Source: an uncultured candidatus Porisulfidus sp. (GTDB taxonomy: Bacteria > Pseudomonadota > Gammaproteobacteria > Poriferisulfidales > Oxydemutatoraceae). From it: DNA of 64,000 nt. Below are positions 20,725-33,015 of the stretch, piece by piece. Position 1 is the first letter of the stretch, and the number at the start of each line of letters is the position of its first letter. Under the pieces are notes generated by a model. That model was not told the DNA's origin and searched no databases. It worked only from the letters and a program-made list of their open reading frames with translations. The stretch spans positions 1,024,001-1,088,000 of the forward strand of contig OZ244052.1 of assembly GCA_965215125.1 (NCBI GenBank), written 5' to 3'. The translations under genes were made by a program, and so were the position numbers.

Positions 20725-21465
20725 ATGAGAGACTCAAAGACGCATTTCGGTTTTCGCAAAGTCAACCTTGCCGATAAACCTAAACTGGTCGACGAAGTGT
20801 TTAGTTCGGTGGCAAATCGCTACGACTTGATGAACGACCTGATGTCTTTGGGGTTACATCGGTTATGGAAATGGATTGCAACGACGGCTTGCGGCATCAG
20901 ACCCGATATGCGTGTTTTAGACCTTGCCGGTGGTACTGCCGATATGGCAATACGCATCAAACCTTTTATGCAAGCCCAAGGGTTGCTGACGGTTGCCGAT
21001 ATCAACCAGGCGATGTTATCGGAAGGACAAGACCGTCTATTCGATCTCGGTTATGCCGATGTGCCTTTTGTTCGTTGCGATGCCGAAAACCTACCCTTCC
21101 CCGACCATACTTTTGATTGCATCGTAGTCGCCTTCGGGTTGAGAAATATGAGTTCTAAACAAAGCGCATTGCGTTCTATGCTGCGGGTGCTCAAACCTGC
21201 CGGTCGGTTGGTGGTGCTGGAGTTTTCCGAACCCCACAGATGGTTGCGGCGTCTGTACCATTGGTATTCTTTTAATGTGATACCCAAACTGGGGGATTGT
21301 GTGACGGGAGACGAAGGCAGTTATCGTTATTTGGTCGAATCGATTCGCGTCCACCCGAATCAGCAAGCACTACGCGAGATGATTATCCAAAGCGGGTTTG
21401 TGCGTTGCGAAATCTATAATCTATCGGGTGGTATCGTTGCGATACACCGTGCGTATAAACCATGA
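20725..21465 (+). CDS. ubiE: Ubiquinone/menaquinone C-methyltransferase
   Basis: THFGF, YDLMNDLMS, LDLAGGT, FGLRN, YLVESI. Confidence 0.95.
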   Translation: MRDSKTHFGFRKVNLADKPKLVDEVFSSVANRYDLMNDLMSLGLHRLWKWIATTACGIRPDMRVLDLAGGTADMAIRIKPFMQAQGLLTVADINQAMLSEGQDRLFDLGYADVPFVRCDAENLPFPDHTFDCIVVAFGLRNMSSKQSALRSMLRVLKPAGRLVVLEFSEPHRWLRRLYHWYSFNVIPKLGDCVTGDEGSYRYLVESIRVHPNQQALREMIIQSGFVRCEIYNLSGGIVAIHRAYKP

Positions 21466-22073
21466 CGATGAATCTGAGTTCCCAAAAACTAGCCCCGCTG
21501 CTCGATTATGCAATCACCCGTTATCTGCAAGCGGATCCGTTACTCGTTGCATCGTCGTTAAAGAAAATGGCAGGCAAGACGGTCGGAGTATCTCTCAAGG
21601 CTCCGGAGCTAGAATTTTTTTTGCTAATCAAAGAAGATACGATTCGCATTTGTGCCGATTTTTCGGAGCAACCGGATACTTGGATACGCGGCAGTCTTTT
21701 TGATTTGGTCAAGCTGGGCTTGGATAAAGACGGCAACACATCGGCAATGCATCTGGAAATTATAGGCGACGTACAGTTGGGACAAAGGCTACAGCAGTTG
21801 TTCTCCGAGATAGAGTTTGACTGGGAAGAATTGCTTGCCCCGATAATCGGCGATATCGCAACAAATCAGTTCGGTGAGGGCGTACGCGCGGCAAACGATT
21901 TTATCGCTCGCTGTATAGACTCTTTGGCTTATAGCAGTGGCGAGTTTCTGCGCGAAGAGCTGAAAATAACACCGACGAAGCAAGAAATCGCTTATTTTAT
22001 AGACCATGTAGAAAAGCTACGAGATACCGTAGAACGCTTGGATGCAAGACTACATCGTATCGTGCGCACATAA
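21462..22073 (+). CDS. ubiJ: Ubiquinone biosynthesis accessory factor UbiJ
   Basis: SCP2-like domain, DWEELLA..GD, between ubiE and ubiB. Confidence 0.85.
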   Translation: MTMNLSSQKLAPLLDYAITRYLQADPLLVASSLKKMAGKTVGVSLKAPELEFFLLIKEDTIRICADFSEQPDTWIRGSLFDLVKLGLDKDGNTSAMHLEIIGDVQLGQRLQQLFSEIEFDWEELLAPIIGDIATNQFGEGVRAANDFIARCIDSLAYSSGEFLREELKITPTKQEIAYFIDHVEKLRDTVERLDARLHRIVRT

Positions 22074-23617
22074 TGTTTATCTTAAAATTGTGGCGGTTGC
22101 TCGCGATCAATCTAGTGCTGGTTCGACACGGCTTGGACGAGATTGTATTGGCTATTCATTTGTTCAGACCGATCCACTTTATCTTTTATTTACTGCCGTG
22201 GAATTGGCTGGGTAAGAAGAAAAAACCCCTTGCGGTCAGAATAAGATTGGCATTGGAAGACCTCGGCCCGATATTCGTTAAATTCGGGCAAGCCCTTTCT
22301 ACCAGACCGGATTTATTGTCGCCCGAACTGATTACCGAATTGGAGAAACTGCAAGATAAGGTGCCGCCTTTTGCGGGCGATATCGCCCGCGCGAAGGTTG
22401 AGGAGGTCATGGAAGCACCCATAAACAAAGTGTTCGCATATTTTGATACCACACCACTGGCTTCGGCATCTATCGCGCAAGTGCATGCGGCGCGATTGGA
22501 CGACGGTAGCGAGGTGGTCGTGAAAATCCTGCGCCCGAATGTTCAAAAGCGAATCAAACGCGACCTTGAATTGCTTCACACTATGGCGCGTCTCGCCGAG
22601 CGTTATTGGTCCGAAGGCAGACGCTTGCATGCGGTCGATGTGGTGCACGAATATGAAAAAACCATCACCGATGAACTGGATTTATTGCGCGAAGCGGCGA
22701 ATGCCGGACAACTACGGAGAAACTTCGAGGGTTCCGATTTGCTTTATGTGCCTAAAATCTATTGGGATTATTGTCGGCGCGAAGTCATCGTGATGGAGCG
22801 CATATACGGTGTGCCGGTCAACGATATAGAGGAATTAAAACGCCATGATACCGATTTACGGAAGCTCGCACATTGCGGTGTGGAAATTTTCTTCACCCAA
22901 GTATTCGACCATAATTTTTTTCACGCCGACATGCACCCCGGCAATATATTCGTGTCGATAGAGAACCCGCTGGAACCTTATTATATGGGTGTTGACTTCG
23001 GCATCGTCGGTAGCTTGGACTTGAGTGATCAACGTTATCTTGCGGAAAATTTTTTGGCGTTCTTCAATCGCGACTATCGGCGCGTTGCCGAACTTCATAT
23101 AGAGTCCGGATGGATACCGGCGGATGTCCGCCTAGACGAGTTTGAATCGGCAATTCGGACGGTATGCGAACCCATTTTTCAGCGACCTTTGAACGAAATA
23201 TCCTTCGGTGCTTTGCTATTGCGCCTATTCCAAACCGCCCGACGCTTTAATATGGAGGTTCAACCGCAACTGATTTTATTGCAAAAAACCTTGCTAAACA
23301 TAGAAGGTTTAGGGCGACAGCTATACCCGCAACTGGATTTGTGGGAAACCGCAAAACCCTTTTTGGAGCGTTGGATGCGGCAGCGCAGACACCCGACGAC
23401 GTTGTTGAAGCGATTGCTTAAACAACTACCGGCGTTGATCGAGAAAGGTGCCGATATGATAGAGGCGGGTGGCAATCCACCGACCGCCGATACCGAACGC
23501 GCGCAACTGCGCGAAGAAATCTCCCGCTTGAGTAGCGAACTGAAACGATGGCGCATCGCCTTGGTTGCTATCGTGATTGCCGGTGCGGTGGCATTCGTTA
23601 TAACATGGTGGACTTGA
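22073..23617 (+). CDS. ubiB: Ubiquinone biosynthesis kinase-like protein UbiB
   Basis: [35 protein letters not shown]. Confidence 0.95.
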   Translation: MFILKLWRLLAINLVLVRHGLDEIVLAIHLFRPIHFIFYLLPWNWLGKKKKPLAVRIRLALEDLGPIFVKFGQALSTRPDLLSPELITELEKLQDKVPPFAGDIARAKVEEVMEAPINKVFAYFDTTPLASASIAQVHAARLDDGSEVVVKILRPNVQKRIKRDLELLHTMARLAERYWSEGRRLHAVDVVHEYEKTITDELDLLREAANAGQLRRNFEGSDLLYVPKIYWDYCRREVIVMERIYGVPVNDIEELKRHDTDLRKLAHCGVEIFFTQVFDHNFFHADMHPGNIFVSIENPLEPYYMGVDFGIVGSLDLSDQRYLAENFLAFFNRDYRRVAELHIESGWIPADVRLDEFESAIRTVCEPIFQRPLNEISFGALLLRLFQTARRFNMEVQPQLILLQKTLLNIEGLGRQLYPQLDLWETAKPFLERWMRQRRHPTTLLKRLLKQLPALIEKGADMIEAGGNPPTADTERAQLREEISRLSSELKRWRIALVAIVIAGAVAFVITWWT

Positions 23618-23620
23618 ACA

Positions 23621-25825
23621 GTGTCCGATAATACCGATATCAAAGCACAGATCTTAGCCGATTTGAACGACGAACAACAATCGGCAGTCGCCGCACCGCC
23701 GTGTTCGGCATTGGTATTGGCAGGTGCCGGTAGCGGCAAGACCCGAGTATTGGTTCATCGCATTGCTTGGTTATGCGCTGCAGAGGGAATCCCGGAATAT
23801 GCAATCATGGCGGTTACATTCACCAATAAAGCAGCGAACGAAATGCGCGCACGCATCGCATCACTCAACGGCAGATCGCCGAGCAACATGTGGGTCGGCA
23901 CCTTTCACGGTCTGTGCCACCGATTTTTACGCCTTCACGGCGAACAGATCGGTTTGCCTAAAACATTTCAGGTAATTGACGCAGCCGATCAACTGAGGCT
24001 GGTTAAACGGATTACTCGAAGCCTCGAAATCGACGAAGACAGATGCGCACCGAAGAACACCCGATACATGATAAACCAGTGCAAAGAAGAGGGTCTGAGG
24101 GCAGATGCCGTTCCGTCCGACTACAGCGCACATCCCATGTTCAAGCACGCCTTAAGAATTTATCGCAACTATGAAAACCTTTGTGCGGAAATGCATTTGG
24201 TCGACTTCAGTGAATTGCTGCTCGCAACCCACGAACTGCTTCGCGACCACGATGCGTTGAGGCAACAATATCAAAGCCGTTTTAAGCATATTTTGGTCGA
24301 TGAGTTTCAAGACACGAACCGATTGCAATACGCATGGTTGCGAGTATTGGCAGGCGAGCAAATCCCGGTGTTTGCAGTCGGCGACGACGACCAATCCATA
24401 TACGGGTGGCGGGGTGCATGTGTCGGGAACCTCTACAGTTTTGAAAAAGATTTTAAGGATGTGCATATCTACCGTCTGGAGCGCAACTATCGCTCTACCG
24501 CAGTCATACTCGCCGCCGCCAATGCCCTGATAAAAAACAACGACGGACGCGTGGGCAAGCAGTTGTGGACAGCCGAAAAAGGTGGCAACAAAATAAAGCT
24601 ATACACCGCATTCAATGAAGAAGAGGAAGCGAACTATGTCGTAGAAACCGCCAATCAATGGCAAACACAGCGGCGCGCATTATCCGAAATCGCAGTGTGC
24701 TATCGTGCGAACGCACAATCACGCATCATAGAAAGTGCTTTGGCAGGTGCCGGCATTCCTTATCGCGTCTACGGCGGGCTTAGATTTTTTGAACGCGCGA
24801 TTATCAAGCACGCACTGGCGTATCTGAGGTTAACTGCCAACCCTAACGACGATCCCTCTTTTGAACGCATCGTCAATTATCCGCCACGCGGCATCGGCAC
24901 TCGCACCGTGGGAATAATCACCGAACACGCCGGCACTACAAATGCGAGCTTGTGGAAAACCGCACTACAGCTGATGAAAACCAAAACCTTGAGTGCGCGG
25001 GCAGGCATGGCAATGCAGGCTTTCTTTGATTTGATTAAGAACCTCGGTGCCGATTTCAAAGTTCAACCGCTTCCTCAAAAGGTGGAAAAAGTGATACGGT
25101 TAATCATTCCATATCTTGAAAAACAACATAGCGAAAGTGCCCAATCCGATATAGAAAATCTCGAGGAATTGGTCAAGGCTGCCGAGCAATTCGCCAACCA
25201 ATGGCAAAAAATCGGGGATACCGATATGGACGAACTCGATGCCTTTTTATCGCATGTCGCTCTGGAGGCGGGCGACAACGAAGCCGAAAGCGACGAAGAC
25301 AGCGTACAGCTGATGACTTTACATTCGTCTAAAGGACTGGAATTTCCGTTGGTTATTATCACCGGCATGGAAGAGGGTTTATTTCCGCACAGCCGTTCTT
25401 TGAGCGACGAAAGTGGCTCGGAGGGTTTAGAAGAAGAACGCAGACTATGCTATGTCGGCATCACCCGCGCCCGTGAGCAACTGATTTTATGTCATGCACA
25501 ATTGCGCAACCTATCGTACGGCACACCCACATACAACCAACCCTCTCGCTTTTTGGACGAATTGCCTGTCGACTTGACTGAAGCGGTGCGACCGCAAAGT
25601 AATGGCGCATCGTACTATCGATCGTCCAATTCGGATGATGCGGCAAGACCTATTCCGGATATCGGCGGGCTTGTTGCAGGGCAACGCGTGACACACCCTA
25701 TTTTCGGCGACGGTGTGGTGCTTGATTTTGAAGGCACCGACAAAAACACTCGTATCCAAGTCCGCTTTGATAAGGCAGGTACTAAATGGATGGTATCGGA
25801 ATATACCAAACTGCAAAAAATCTAG
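23621..25825 (+). CDS. uvrD: DNA helicase II
   Basis: AGAGSGKT, VDEFQD, VGDDDQSIYGWRG, MTLHSSKGLEF, EEERRLCYVGITRA, C-terminal Tudor-like domain. Confidence 0.93.
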   Translation: MSDNTDIKAQILADLNDEQQSAVAAPPCSALVLAGAGSGKTRVLVHRIAWLCAAEGIPEYAIMAVTFTNKAANEMRARIASLNGRSPSNMWVGTFHGLCHRFLRLHGEQIGLPKTFQVIDAADQLRLVKRITRSLEIDEDRCAPKNTRYMINQCKEEGLRADAVPSDYSAHPMFKHALRIYRNYENLCAEMHLVDFSELLLATHELLRDHDALRQQYQSRFKHILVDEFQDTNRLQYAWLRVLAGEQIPVFAVGDDDQSIYGWRGACVGNLYSFEKDFKDVHIYRLERNYRSTAVILAAANALIKNNDGRVGKQLWTAEKGGNKIKLYTAFNEEEEANYVVETANQWQTQRRALSEIAVCYRANAQSRIIESALAGAGIPYRVYGGLRFFERAIIKHALAYLRLTANPNDDPSFERIVNYPPRGIGTRTVGIITEHAGTTNASLWKTALQLMKTKTLSARAGMAMQAFFDLIKNLGADFKVQPLPQKVEKVIRLIIPYLEKQHSESAQSDIENLEELVKAAEQFANQWQKIGDTDMDELDAFLSHVALEAGDNEAESDEDSVQLMTLHSSKGLEFPLVIITGMEEGLFPHSRSLSDESGSEGLEEERRLCYVGITRAREQLILCHAQLRNLSYGTPTYNQPSRFLDELPVDLTEAVRPQSNGASYYRSSNSDDAARPIPDIGGLVAGQRVTHPIFGDGVVLDFEGTDKNTRIQVRFDKAGTKWMVSEYTKLQKI

Positions 25826-25950
25826 CGGTCTATGGCTATAGTGTAGAATATACAAACATGTATCCCGATTGGTTGCATACCTACCAACCCCAACAGGTAC
25901 GACTAGTTAAAACATAACCGCAAAACACCGGGAAGTAGGCTAAGAAAATT

Positions 25951-27054
25951 ATGAAAAGAAGAGACTTTATCAATAAAGCAACAGGGGCACTTTTAGCGAC
26001 ACCGCTCGTCGGGTGTACTCAAAACGAGCAAACAGCCGCCAAGCAGATCAGCGATAACAAAACATATCGCTGGAAGATGGTGACTTGCTGGCCCAAAAAC
26101 TATCCGGGATTGGGCACCAGTGCCGAGCGTATCGCCGAGAGCATCAATAGAATGTCAAACGGTCGTTTGCAAGTTACGGTCTACGGTGCAGGCGAATTGG
26201 TTTCGGCATTCGAGGTCTTTGATACGGTGCGCAGCGGCGCAGTTGCTATGGGACATTCCGCTGCTTATTACTGGCAAGGCAAAAATCGCGCATTTAATTT
26301 CTTCAGCTCGGTGCCGTTCGGTATGAACATCGTTGAAATGACCGCATGGTTCAATCATGGCGGTGGCCAAGCACTATGGGACGAAGGCTATGGCGAGTTC
26401 GGCTTGATACCGATTGCGGTTGGCGGTACCGGTATACAAATGGGTGGCTGGTTTAATCGCGAGATCAATGGCATTGAAGACCTAAAGGGAATAAAGATAA
26501 GAATACCGGGGCTTGCCAGTCAAATTTATGAACGATTGGGCATGATCCCGGTTAATCTACCGGGTGGCGAATTGTTCACCGCACTACAAACAGGGATGAT
26601 CGATGCGGTAGAGTGGGTCTCACCGTATAACGATTTGACTTTAGGTTTTTATAAAATTGCTAAATACTATTATTATCCGGGTTGGCAAGAACCGGGGGTC
26701 CTCCTAGAGTGCATACTCAACAAGGAAATGTTTATGGAATTGCCGGAAGATTTACAAGCCATCGTGCGCAATGCCTGCAATGCCGAAAGCATGCGTGTGC
26801 TTACCGAATATTTGGCACTGAACCCCGAATCGTTAAGGATATTGCAAGATAAGCACGGGGTACGGTTGCGCAAATTCCCCAACCCGGTGATTAATCGGAT
26901 ACGAGAAGTCGCCGGCGATGTCCTTCAAGAAGTAGCCTCCGAAAGTGATTATGCCCGACGAGTATACCGGTCATTCAACGATTTTCTGGGAAAAATGACA
27001 ATGTGGTCGCAATATTCCGAGAAAATGGTATATGATATACGCAACGCTAAGTAA
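25951..27054 (+). CDS. dctP: TRAP transporter substrate-binding protein (TakP-like)
   Basis: Tat/lipoprotein leader KRRDF..VGC; QMGGWFNREI, KIRIPGL, YYYYPGWQEPG. Confidence 0.9.
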   Translation: MKRRDFINKATGALLATPLVGCTQNEQTAAKQISDNKTYRWKMVTCWPKNYPGLGTSAERIAESINRMSNGRLQVTVYGAGELVSAFEVFDTVRSGAVAMGHSAAYYWQGKNRAFNFFSSVPFGMNIVEMTAWFNHGGGQALWDEGYGEFGLIPIAVGGTGIQMGGWFNREINGIEDLKGIKIRIPGLASQIYERLGMIPVNLPGGELFTALQTGMIDAVEWVSPYNDLTLGFYKIAKYYYYPGWQEPGVLLECILNKEMFMELPEDLQAIVRNACNAESMRVLTEYLALNPESLRILQDKHGVRLRKFPNPVINRIREVAGDVLQEVASESDYARRVYRSFNDFLGKMTMWSQYSEKMVYDIRNAK

Positions 27055-27089
27055 TAAAATGGGAACAGACAAATTTACGGGAGAAAAAA

Positions 27090-27377
27090 ATGGAAGTATT
27101 CGGTTATGACATAGGAACTTTTACTTTTTTTGCATTTAGCTTTTTAGCGGCACTTTTTATTTTTCTGTCTGCCATATTCGGCTGCAAAGAAGAAACCAAC
27201 ATGCATCGCTGGGTGCGGGGTGTCTTAGGATTCGCCTATTTGTTTGTGACCTTCGTTGCCGTCGTACAGTTGGAGAGCGCAGATTTTCAATATCAGCAAC
27301 AACTGCTACCGTTCATAATGATGTTTGCAAGCAAAAGTGCGGCTACCGGCAAATTATCCGACCCGAAAATTTTATAG
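27090..27377 (+). CDS. Small hypothetical membrane protein
   Basis: GGAG RBS, two hydrophobic helices; no family recognised. Confidence 0.5.
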   Translation: MEVFGYDIGTFTFFAFSFLAALFIFLSAIFGCKEETNMHRWVRGVLGFAYLFVTFVAVVQLESADFQYQQQLLPFIMMFASKSAATGKLSDPKIL

Positions 27378-27457
27378 CCTGCCACCCCTCCAGAGGAGGG
27401 GAATGATCCGCCCCTACATTTCGTGGTTTACATTGCAGTTCTATTTTTCAACACCCT
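27377..27457 (-). repeat. Repeat family member
   Basis: Its reverse complement aligns with 32744-32823 (tgttgaaaaatagaa..gcaatgtaa..gtagrggcggaycattcccctcct.tggaggggtggcaggc). Confidence 0.8.
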
Positions 27458-27469
27458 CTCGTGCGCCTT

Positions 27470-28840
27470 TTAGTTCAGTAAAACCTTGGGTAGCCAAGTT
27501 GCCAATTCCGGCCATAGTGCCAATATCAACAAGGCAAATAATTGCAAACCCACAAACGGAATAACCCCTTTATAGATCTGTTTAGTGTGTATTTTTTGAC
27601 TAACGACACCACGCAAATAGAACAGCGAAAAACCGAAAGGTGGAGTCATAAAGGAAGTCTGCAAATTGACCGCAATCATAATCGCAAGCCAGATAGGATC
27701 TGCCCCCATAATAATTAAGGTAGGTGCCACCACCGGAACGACAACAAACATAATCTCTATGAAATCTAATACGAAACCCAGTATAAACATCGCCAACATG
27801 ACGACGACCATCGTTACCCATAAATCGCCGGGGAGTGCGACCAACATCTCGTGTATGAGGTGATCACCTTCCAGTCCTCTGAATACCAAAGAAAATGTGG
27901 TAGCACCTATTAGGATCATAAAAACCATGCAGCTGATTTTGACAGTCTCTCGAGTGGCTTCTCTTATCTTCGGTATAGAGAATTCGCGTCGCAACACGGC
28001 GAGCAACACGGCACCGATTGCGCCGACCGATGCCGCTTCGGTCGGCGATGCCGCGCCGCTCAATATAGATCCCAAGACGACTAAAATTAGAACTAAGGGC
28101 AATAGCAATGTGTAGAGTTGCGGCTTAGATCGACATTGCGATCGTTCTTCGGCGGTATCGGCAATATAGTCCGGCATCCATTGCGGCTTAAAGAGACCTG
28201 CCGCATAAATATAGATTACATAAAAAACGACCAGCAACAGTCCCGGTAGCAAAGCACCGGCAAATAGGTCACTCACCGAAACCGCATCGGAAGCAAACAG
28301 TCCTTGTTTATAATGCGCTTGCTGATAACTTGCGGAAATAACATCTCCCAGCATTATCAACATAATCGAGGGAGGAATGATCTGCCCGAGCGTACCCGAC
28401 GCACAGACCGTGCCGCACGCCAAGCCGGGATGGTATCGGCGTTTTAGCATGGCAGGCACCGATAGCAACCCCATCGTTGTCACGGTTGCGCCGACAATTC
28501 CGGTGCTCGCTGCAAACAATGCACCGACCAAGATGATGGAGATACCCAAACCGCTACGCAGCCGATGCATCATCTCGGCACTGGCGAGCAGTAGCTCTTC
28601 GGCAAGTCTGGTTTTTTGCAAAGTCACCCCCATAAAGACAAACATCGGAATTGCAATCAGCGTGCTATTTGTCAAAATACTAAATAGCCTGTTCGGCAAT
28701 GCATGCAAGATATTGGCATCAAAAATACCCAAAGCGGTACAAATTGCGGCAAACAATAACGATACACCGGCAAGCGTAAAGGCAACCGGATAGCCGGCGA
28801 GTATCACCAGAATAACGAGAAAAAATAGTACTAATGCCAT
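27470..28840 (-). CDS. dctM: TRAP transporter large permease
   Basis: ASTGIVGA, SGTLGQIIPPS, NLQTSFMTPPFGF. Confidence 0.92.
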   Translation of the reverse strand: MALVLFFLVILVILAGYPVAFTLAGVSLLFAAICTALGIFDANILHALPNRLFSILTNSTLIAIPMFVFMGVTLQKTRLAEELLLASAEMMHRLRSGLGISIILVGALFAASTGIVGATVTTMGLLSVPAMLKRRYHPGLACGTVCASGTLGQIIPPSIMLIMLGDVISASYQQAHYKQGLFASDAVSVSDLFAGALLPGLLLVVFYVIYIYAAGLFKPQWMPDYIADTAEERSQCRSKPQLYTLLLPLVLILVVLGSILSGAASPTEAASVGAIGAVLLAVLRREFSIPKIREATRETVKISCMVFMILIGATTFSLVFRGLEGDHLIHEMLVALPGDLWVTMVVVMLAMFILGFVLDFIEIMFVVVPVVAPTLIIMGADPIWLAIMIAVNLQTSFMTPPFGFSLFYLRGVVSQKIHTKQIYKGVIPFVGLQLFALLILALWPELATWLPKVLLN

Positions 28841-28856
28841 GTTGTCCGATTAATGC

Positions 28857-29360
28857 CTAAGCGATGCCTCGCAAAATCAAATGAGCCTGACGCATGACCC
28901 CAATCATTCCTTGCCAAAAAAGTAGCCCTGCCATTACCGGGATCAACGTTTTCAACACGAAGATTAGCGGCAACCCGGCGGCTTCCTGCGACCGTTCCAA
29001 CAAATGCCAAGAGGTTGCGACATAATCGCTACTATAGAAAATGATCGTCGCACAAGTCGGCAACAGAAGTAAAATATCGCCGATTAGGTTGATTCTTGTT
29101 TTAGTCTTTGCCCGCATCTTACTGTAAAAGACATCAACGCGCACATGCCCCCCGAGGCACATCGTATAACCCATGCACAAACACAATATAAAAACATGCA
29201 GATAAACCACACCCTCCTGCATATCTACTCGGCCGTAATTAAAACCGTAGCGCAATACGACGATTGCAAAAGCGAGGCAAATCATCAGTGGCAGCAACCA
29301 CATCGCAGCTTGTCCGACCCGTTTATTAACCTGATCGAGATGGGTTAATAGCTTAGGCAT
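28857..29360 (-). CDS. dctQ: TRAP transporter small permease
   Basis: 4 TM helices, VVLRY, HVRVDVFY. Confidence 0.9.
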   Translation of the reverse strand: MPKLLTHLDQVNKRVGQAAMWLLPLMICLAFAIVVLRYGFNYGRVDMQEGVVYLHVFILCLCMGYTMCLGGHVRVDVFYSKMRAKTKTRINLIGDILLLLPTCATIIFYSSDYVATSWHLLERSQEAAGLPLIFVLKTLIPVMAGLLFWQGMIGVMRQAHLILRGIA

Positions 29361-29388
29361 TGCATAGATTGTTCAGTATATGGATCGT

Positions 29389-30327
29389 TTAGCAGAGCTC
29401 GCAGTCCTCTTCCCTGCAAAGTAGCAGTATGTTCTTAAAAACATCCGGATCTTTGATGTGTGTGATAGCACCGTCTTTGGGAAAAAGTTTATCACGTAGC
29501 CGCGACAACCAAAAACGTAGTGCCGCCCGGCGCAGAATATTCCGCCATTCGTCTCTCTCGGGCGGTTCAAAAGGACGTCTTAGATGATACGCGTTAATCA
29601 ATTCTTCGTAGTGCGGGCGCGACAAATGTTGATCCGCCGAGCGACACCAATCGTTAACCGCAACCGCAACATCGTACAAAAGTTTGGCATGACAGGCATA
29701 GTAAAAATCTATCACGCCGCTCAATCGCTCGCCTTCAAACAACACATTGTCTTTGAATAGGTCGGCATGAACGGTGCCGGCGGGCAATGCATCCGATAAC
29801 TGCTTGCTTTGATGTTTGATTTCATCGTTTAATAGTATTTTATCCTCCTTATCCAATTTTGATTGTATTTTGTCGGATTGCATCTTGAACCAACCGATAT
29901 CCCTAATGTTCTCGCTATGACCATCAAAATCACGCATTACCAAATGCATCTTTGCCAAAATATCACCGACCTGTTGACATTGTGCCACACCGGGTGCTTT
30001 GATAGTGTGCCCCGGCAAGCGCGTAATCAGTGCGGCAGGTTTGCCCTTTAACTCATGCAAAGTGCGACCTTGCCGGTCGGCAACGGGGTGCGGACACGGC
30101 AAACCGGCATCTGCGACATGGCACATCAAATCGATAAAATAAGGCAACTGATCCGCCTCCAACCACTCAAACAAGGTCAGCACATAGTCCCCTCGCTCGG
30201 TGTCGACAAAATAATTGGTATTTTCTATGCCTTCGTCTATACCTCGGTATGAAAGCAAAGAACCTATTTCAAACCCCTGTATGAACCGCCCCAACTCCTG
30301 TTCAGAAATAACCGTATAAACCGACAT
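29389..30327 (-). CDS. thrB: Homoserine kinase type II
   Basis: MSVYT, GIENTNYF, HADLFKDN, IDFYYAC, ALRFWLSRL. Confidence 0.92.
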   Translation of the reverse strand: MSVYTVISEQELGRFIQGFEIGSLLSYRGIDEGIENTNYFVDTERGDYVLTLFEWLEADQLPYFIDLMCHVADAGLPCPHPVADRQGRTLHELKGKPAALITRLPGHTIKAPGVAQCQQVGDILAKMHLVMRDFDGHSENIRDIGWFKMQSDKIQSKLDKEDKILLNDEIKHQSKQLSDALPAGTVHADLFKDNVLFEGERLSGVIDFYYACHAKLLYDVAVAVNDWCRSADQHLSRPHYEELINAYHLRRPFEPPERDEWRNILRRAALRFWLSRLRDKLFPKDGAITHIKDPDVFKNILLLCREEDCELC

Positions 30328-30409
30328 GCCGTGTAGAAATCCAATATCAAAAAAGGATAATTATAAAGGATTATTATTCCTACACATATAACCCGACTAA
30401 AAGCGAACT

Positions 30410-30600
30410 TTTATGATGAACCAAAGATACCTCTTTGAAGAAAAGGTTAATTTTCACAATAGAGATATGAATACTAAAAAAGAATACGGTGGAATAGCGT
30501 TAGATTTTGTAGATTGCCACCTAATAATATTTACCGTGCGTAAAATTTGGTCGTATGCGGCAACCCTTTGCCTGTTTCCCTAAAAAGCACAAGCCACTGC
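30410..30600 (+). pseudogene. Possible degraded BrnT-like toxin remnant
   Basis: Reads KEYGGIALDFVDCHLIIFTVR, then VSLKST in another frame, loosely like BrnT DYGE..ALG.I..RL..VVFT.R..ISLRKA. Confidence 0.25.
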
Positions 30601-30648
30601 CGAAGCGGTGGCCTGCACCCGCCAAATCGAAGTCAGGCGAAGGACATC

Positions 30649-30686
30649 TGCAGACACGACGCGACTACCCCGTCAGGCTACGCCTG
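30649..30686 (-). repeat. Repeat family fragment at the left edge of the atp duplication
   Basis: Reverse complement caggcgtagcctgacggggtagtcgcgtcgtgtctgca matches 32819-32849 joined to 34874-34880. Confidence 0.75.
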
Positions 30687-30694
30687 TATGCGGG

Positions 30695-31114
30695 TTAGCG
30701 GCCGCGTTTGCGCAGGCGTTCTATCATACGAAGCTGGGCAGCCACTTCGGCAAGTTCGGTCATTGCTTTGGCAGTTTCTATATCGGTGAGTTGGCTTTGT
30801 AGCAGTTCTTCGGCACGTTGTTTGGCTTCCAGTGCTCTGGCTTCGTCCAGATCCTCGCCGCGCAAGGCGGTGTCGGTTAGGACGGTGACCATGTGCGGTT
30901 GTACTTCTATCACGCCGCCGGAGACATAGAAGTGGCGGTCGTCTTGACCTTCCATGCGCACCCGCACCTCGCCGGGGCGCAAGGTTGATAGAAAGGGTGC
31001 ATGCTGCGGATAGATGCCGACTTCGCCCATTTCGGCTTCGGCAAAAACCGCATTCACCTCGCCGTTGAAGATCTCCTCTTCGGCACTAACAATATAAGTA
31101 CGTATCGTGTTCAT
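30695..31114 (-). CDS. atpC: ATP synthase epsilon subunit, second copy
   Basis: GEVGIYPQHAP, YVSGGVIEVQP; protein identical to 40383-40802. Confidence 0.95.
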   Translation of the reverse strand: MNTIRTYIVSAEEEIFNGEVNAVFAEAEMGEVGIYPQHAPFLSTLRPGEVRVRMEGQDDRHFYVSGGVIEVQPHMVTVLTDTALRGEDLDEARALEAKQRAEELLQSQLTDIETAKAMTELAEVAAQLRMIERLRKRGR

Positions 31115-31135
31115 CTGTAGCGGCGTAGGGTTGGC

Positions 31136-32530
<1,395 letters not shown>

Positions 32531-32541
32531 CTATCTATAGG

Positions 32542-32743
32542 TTAAATTGCAGCAGCGCCTCCGACAATCTCGGAAAGCTCCTGTGTAATCGCTGCCTGAC
32601 GCGCTTTGTTATAAGCGAGTTGCAGCTCGTCAATCAGTGAACCGGCGTTCTCCGATGCGCTCTTCATCGCAACCATGCGCGCCGCCATCTCGCAGGCGAC
32701 ATTTTCCACGACCGCCTGATACACTTGTGATTCGATATAACGC
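32542..32743 (-). pseudogene. atpG: 3' fragment of atpG (duplicate)
   Basis: Matches 42230-42431 ([15 protein letters not shown]), cut by a repeat. Confidence 0.9.
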
Positions 32744-32849
32744 CGGCTGTTGAAAAATAGAATCGCAATGTAACCGAAATGTGTAGAGGCGGACCATTCC
32801 CCTCCTTTGGAGGGGTGGCAGGCGTAGCCTGACGGGGTGGTCGCATCGT
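32744..32849 (+). repeat. Repeat family member that hosts the MITE
   Basis: attcccctcctttggaggggtggcaggcgtagcctgacggggtggtcgcatcgt, resuming after 34873. Confidence 0.8.
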
Positions 32850-33015
32850 GGGGCTGTTGAAAAAGTATTGGCACTGCATAAATCCAACCGCGTGCGCCGT
32901 GAATTTATAATAACCACTGAGCCGTAGATAGTATGGATGACCAGCTTTGCTGAAAGTTGGTTAAACTTTCATTTTAGTTCCCCTCTTAAGAGGGGTTTAA
33001 TTCACCACTAAACAA

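Noticed and set aside
32542-32874. 110-aa ORF as a functional novel atpG variant
   Set aside because: Its N-terminal part is translated repeat/MITE DNA fused to the atpG 3' fragment.
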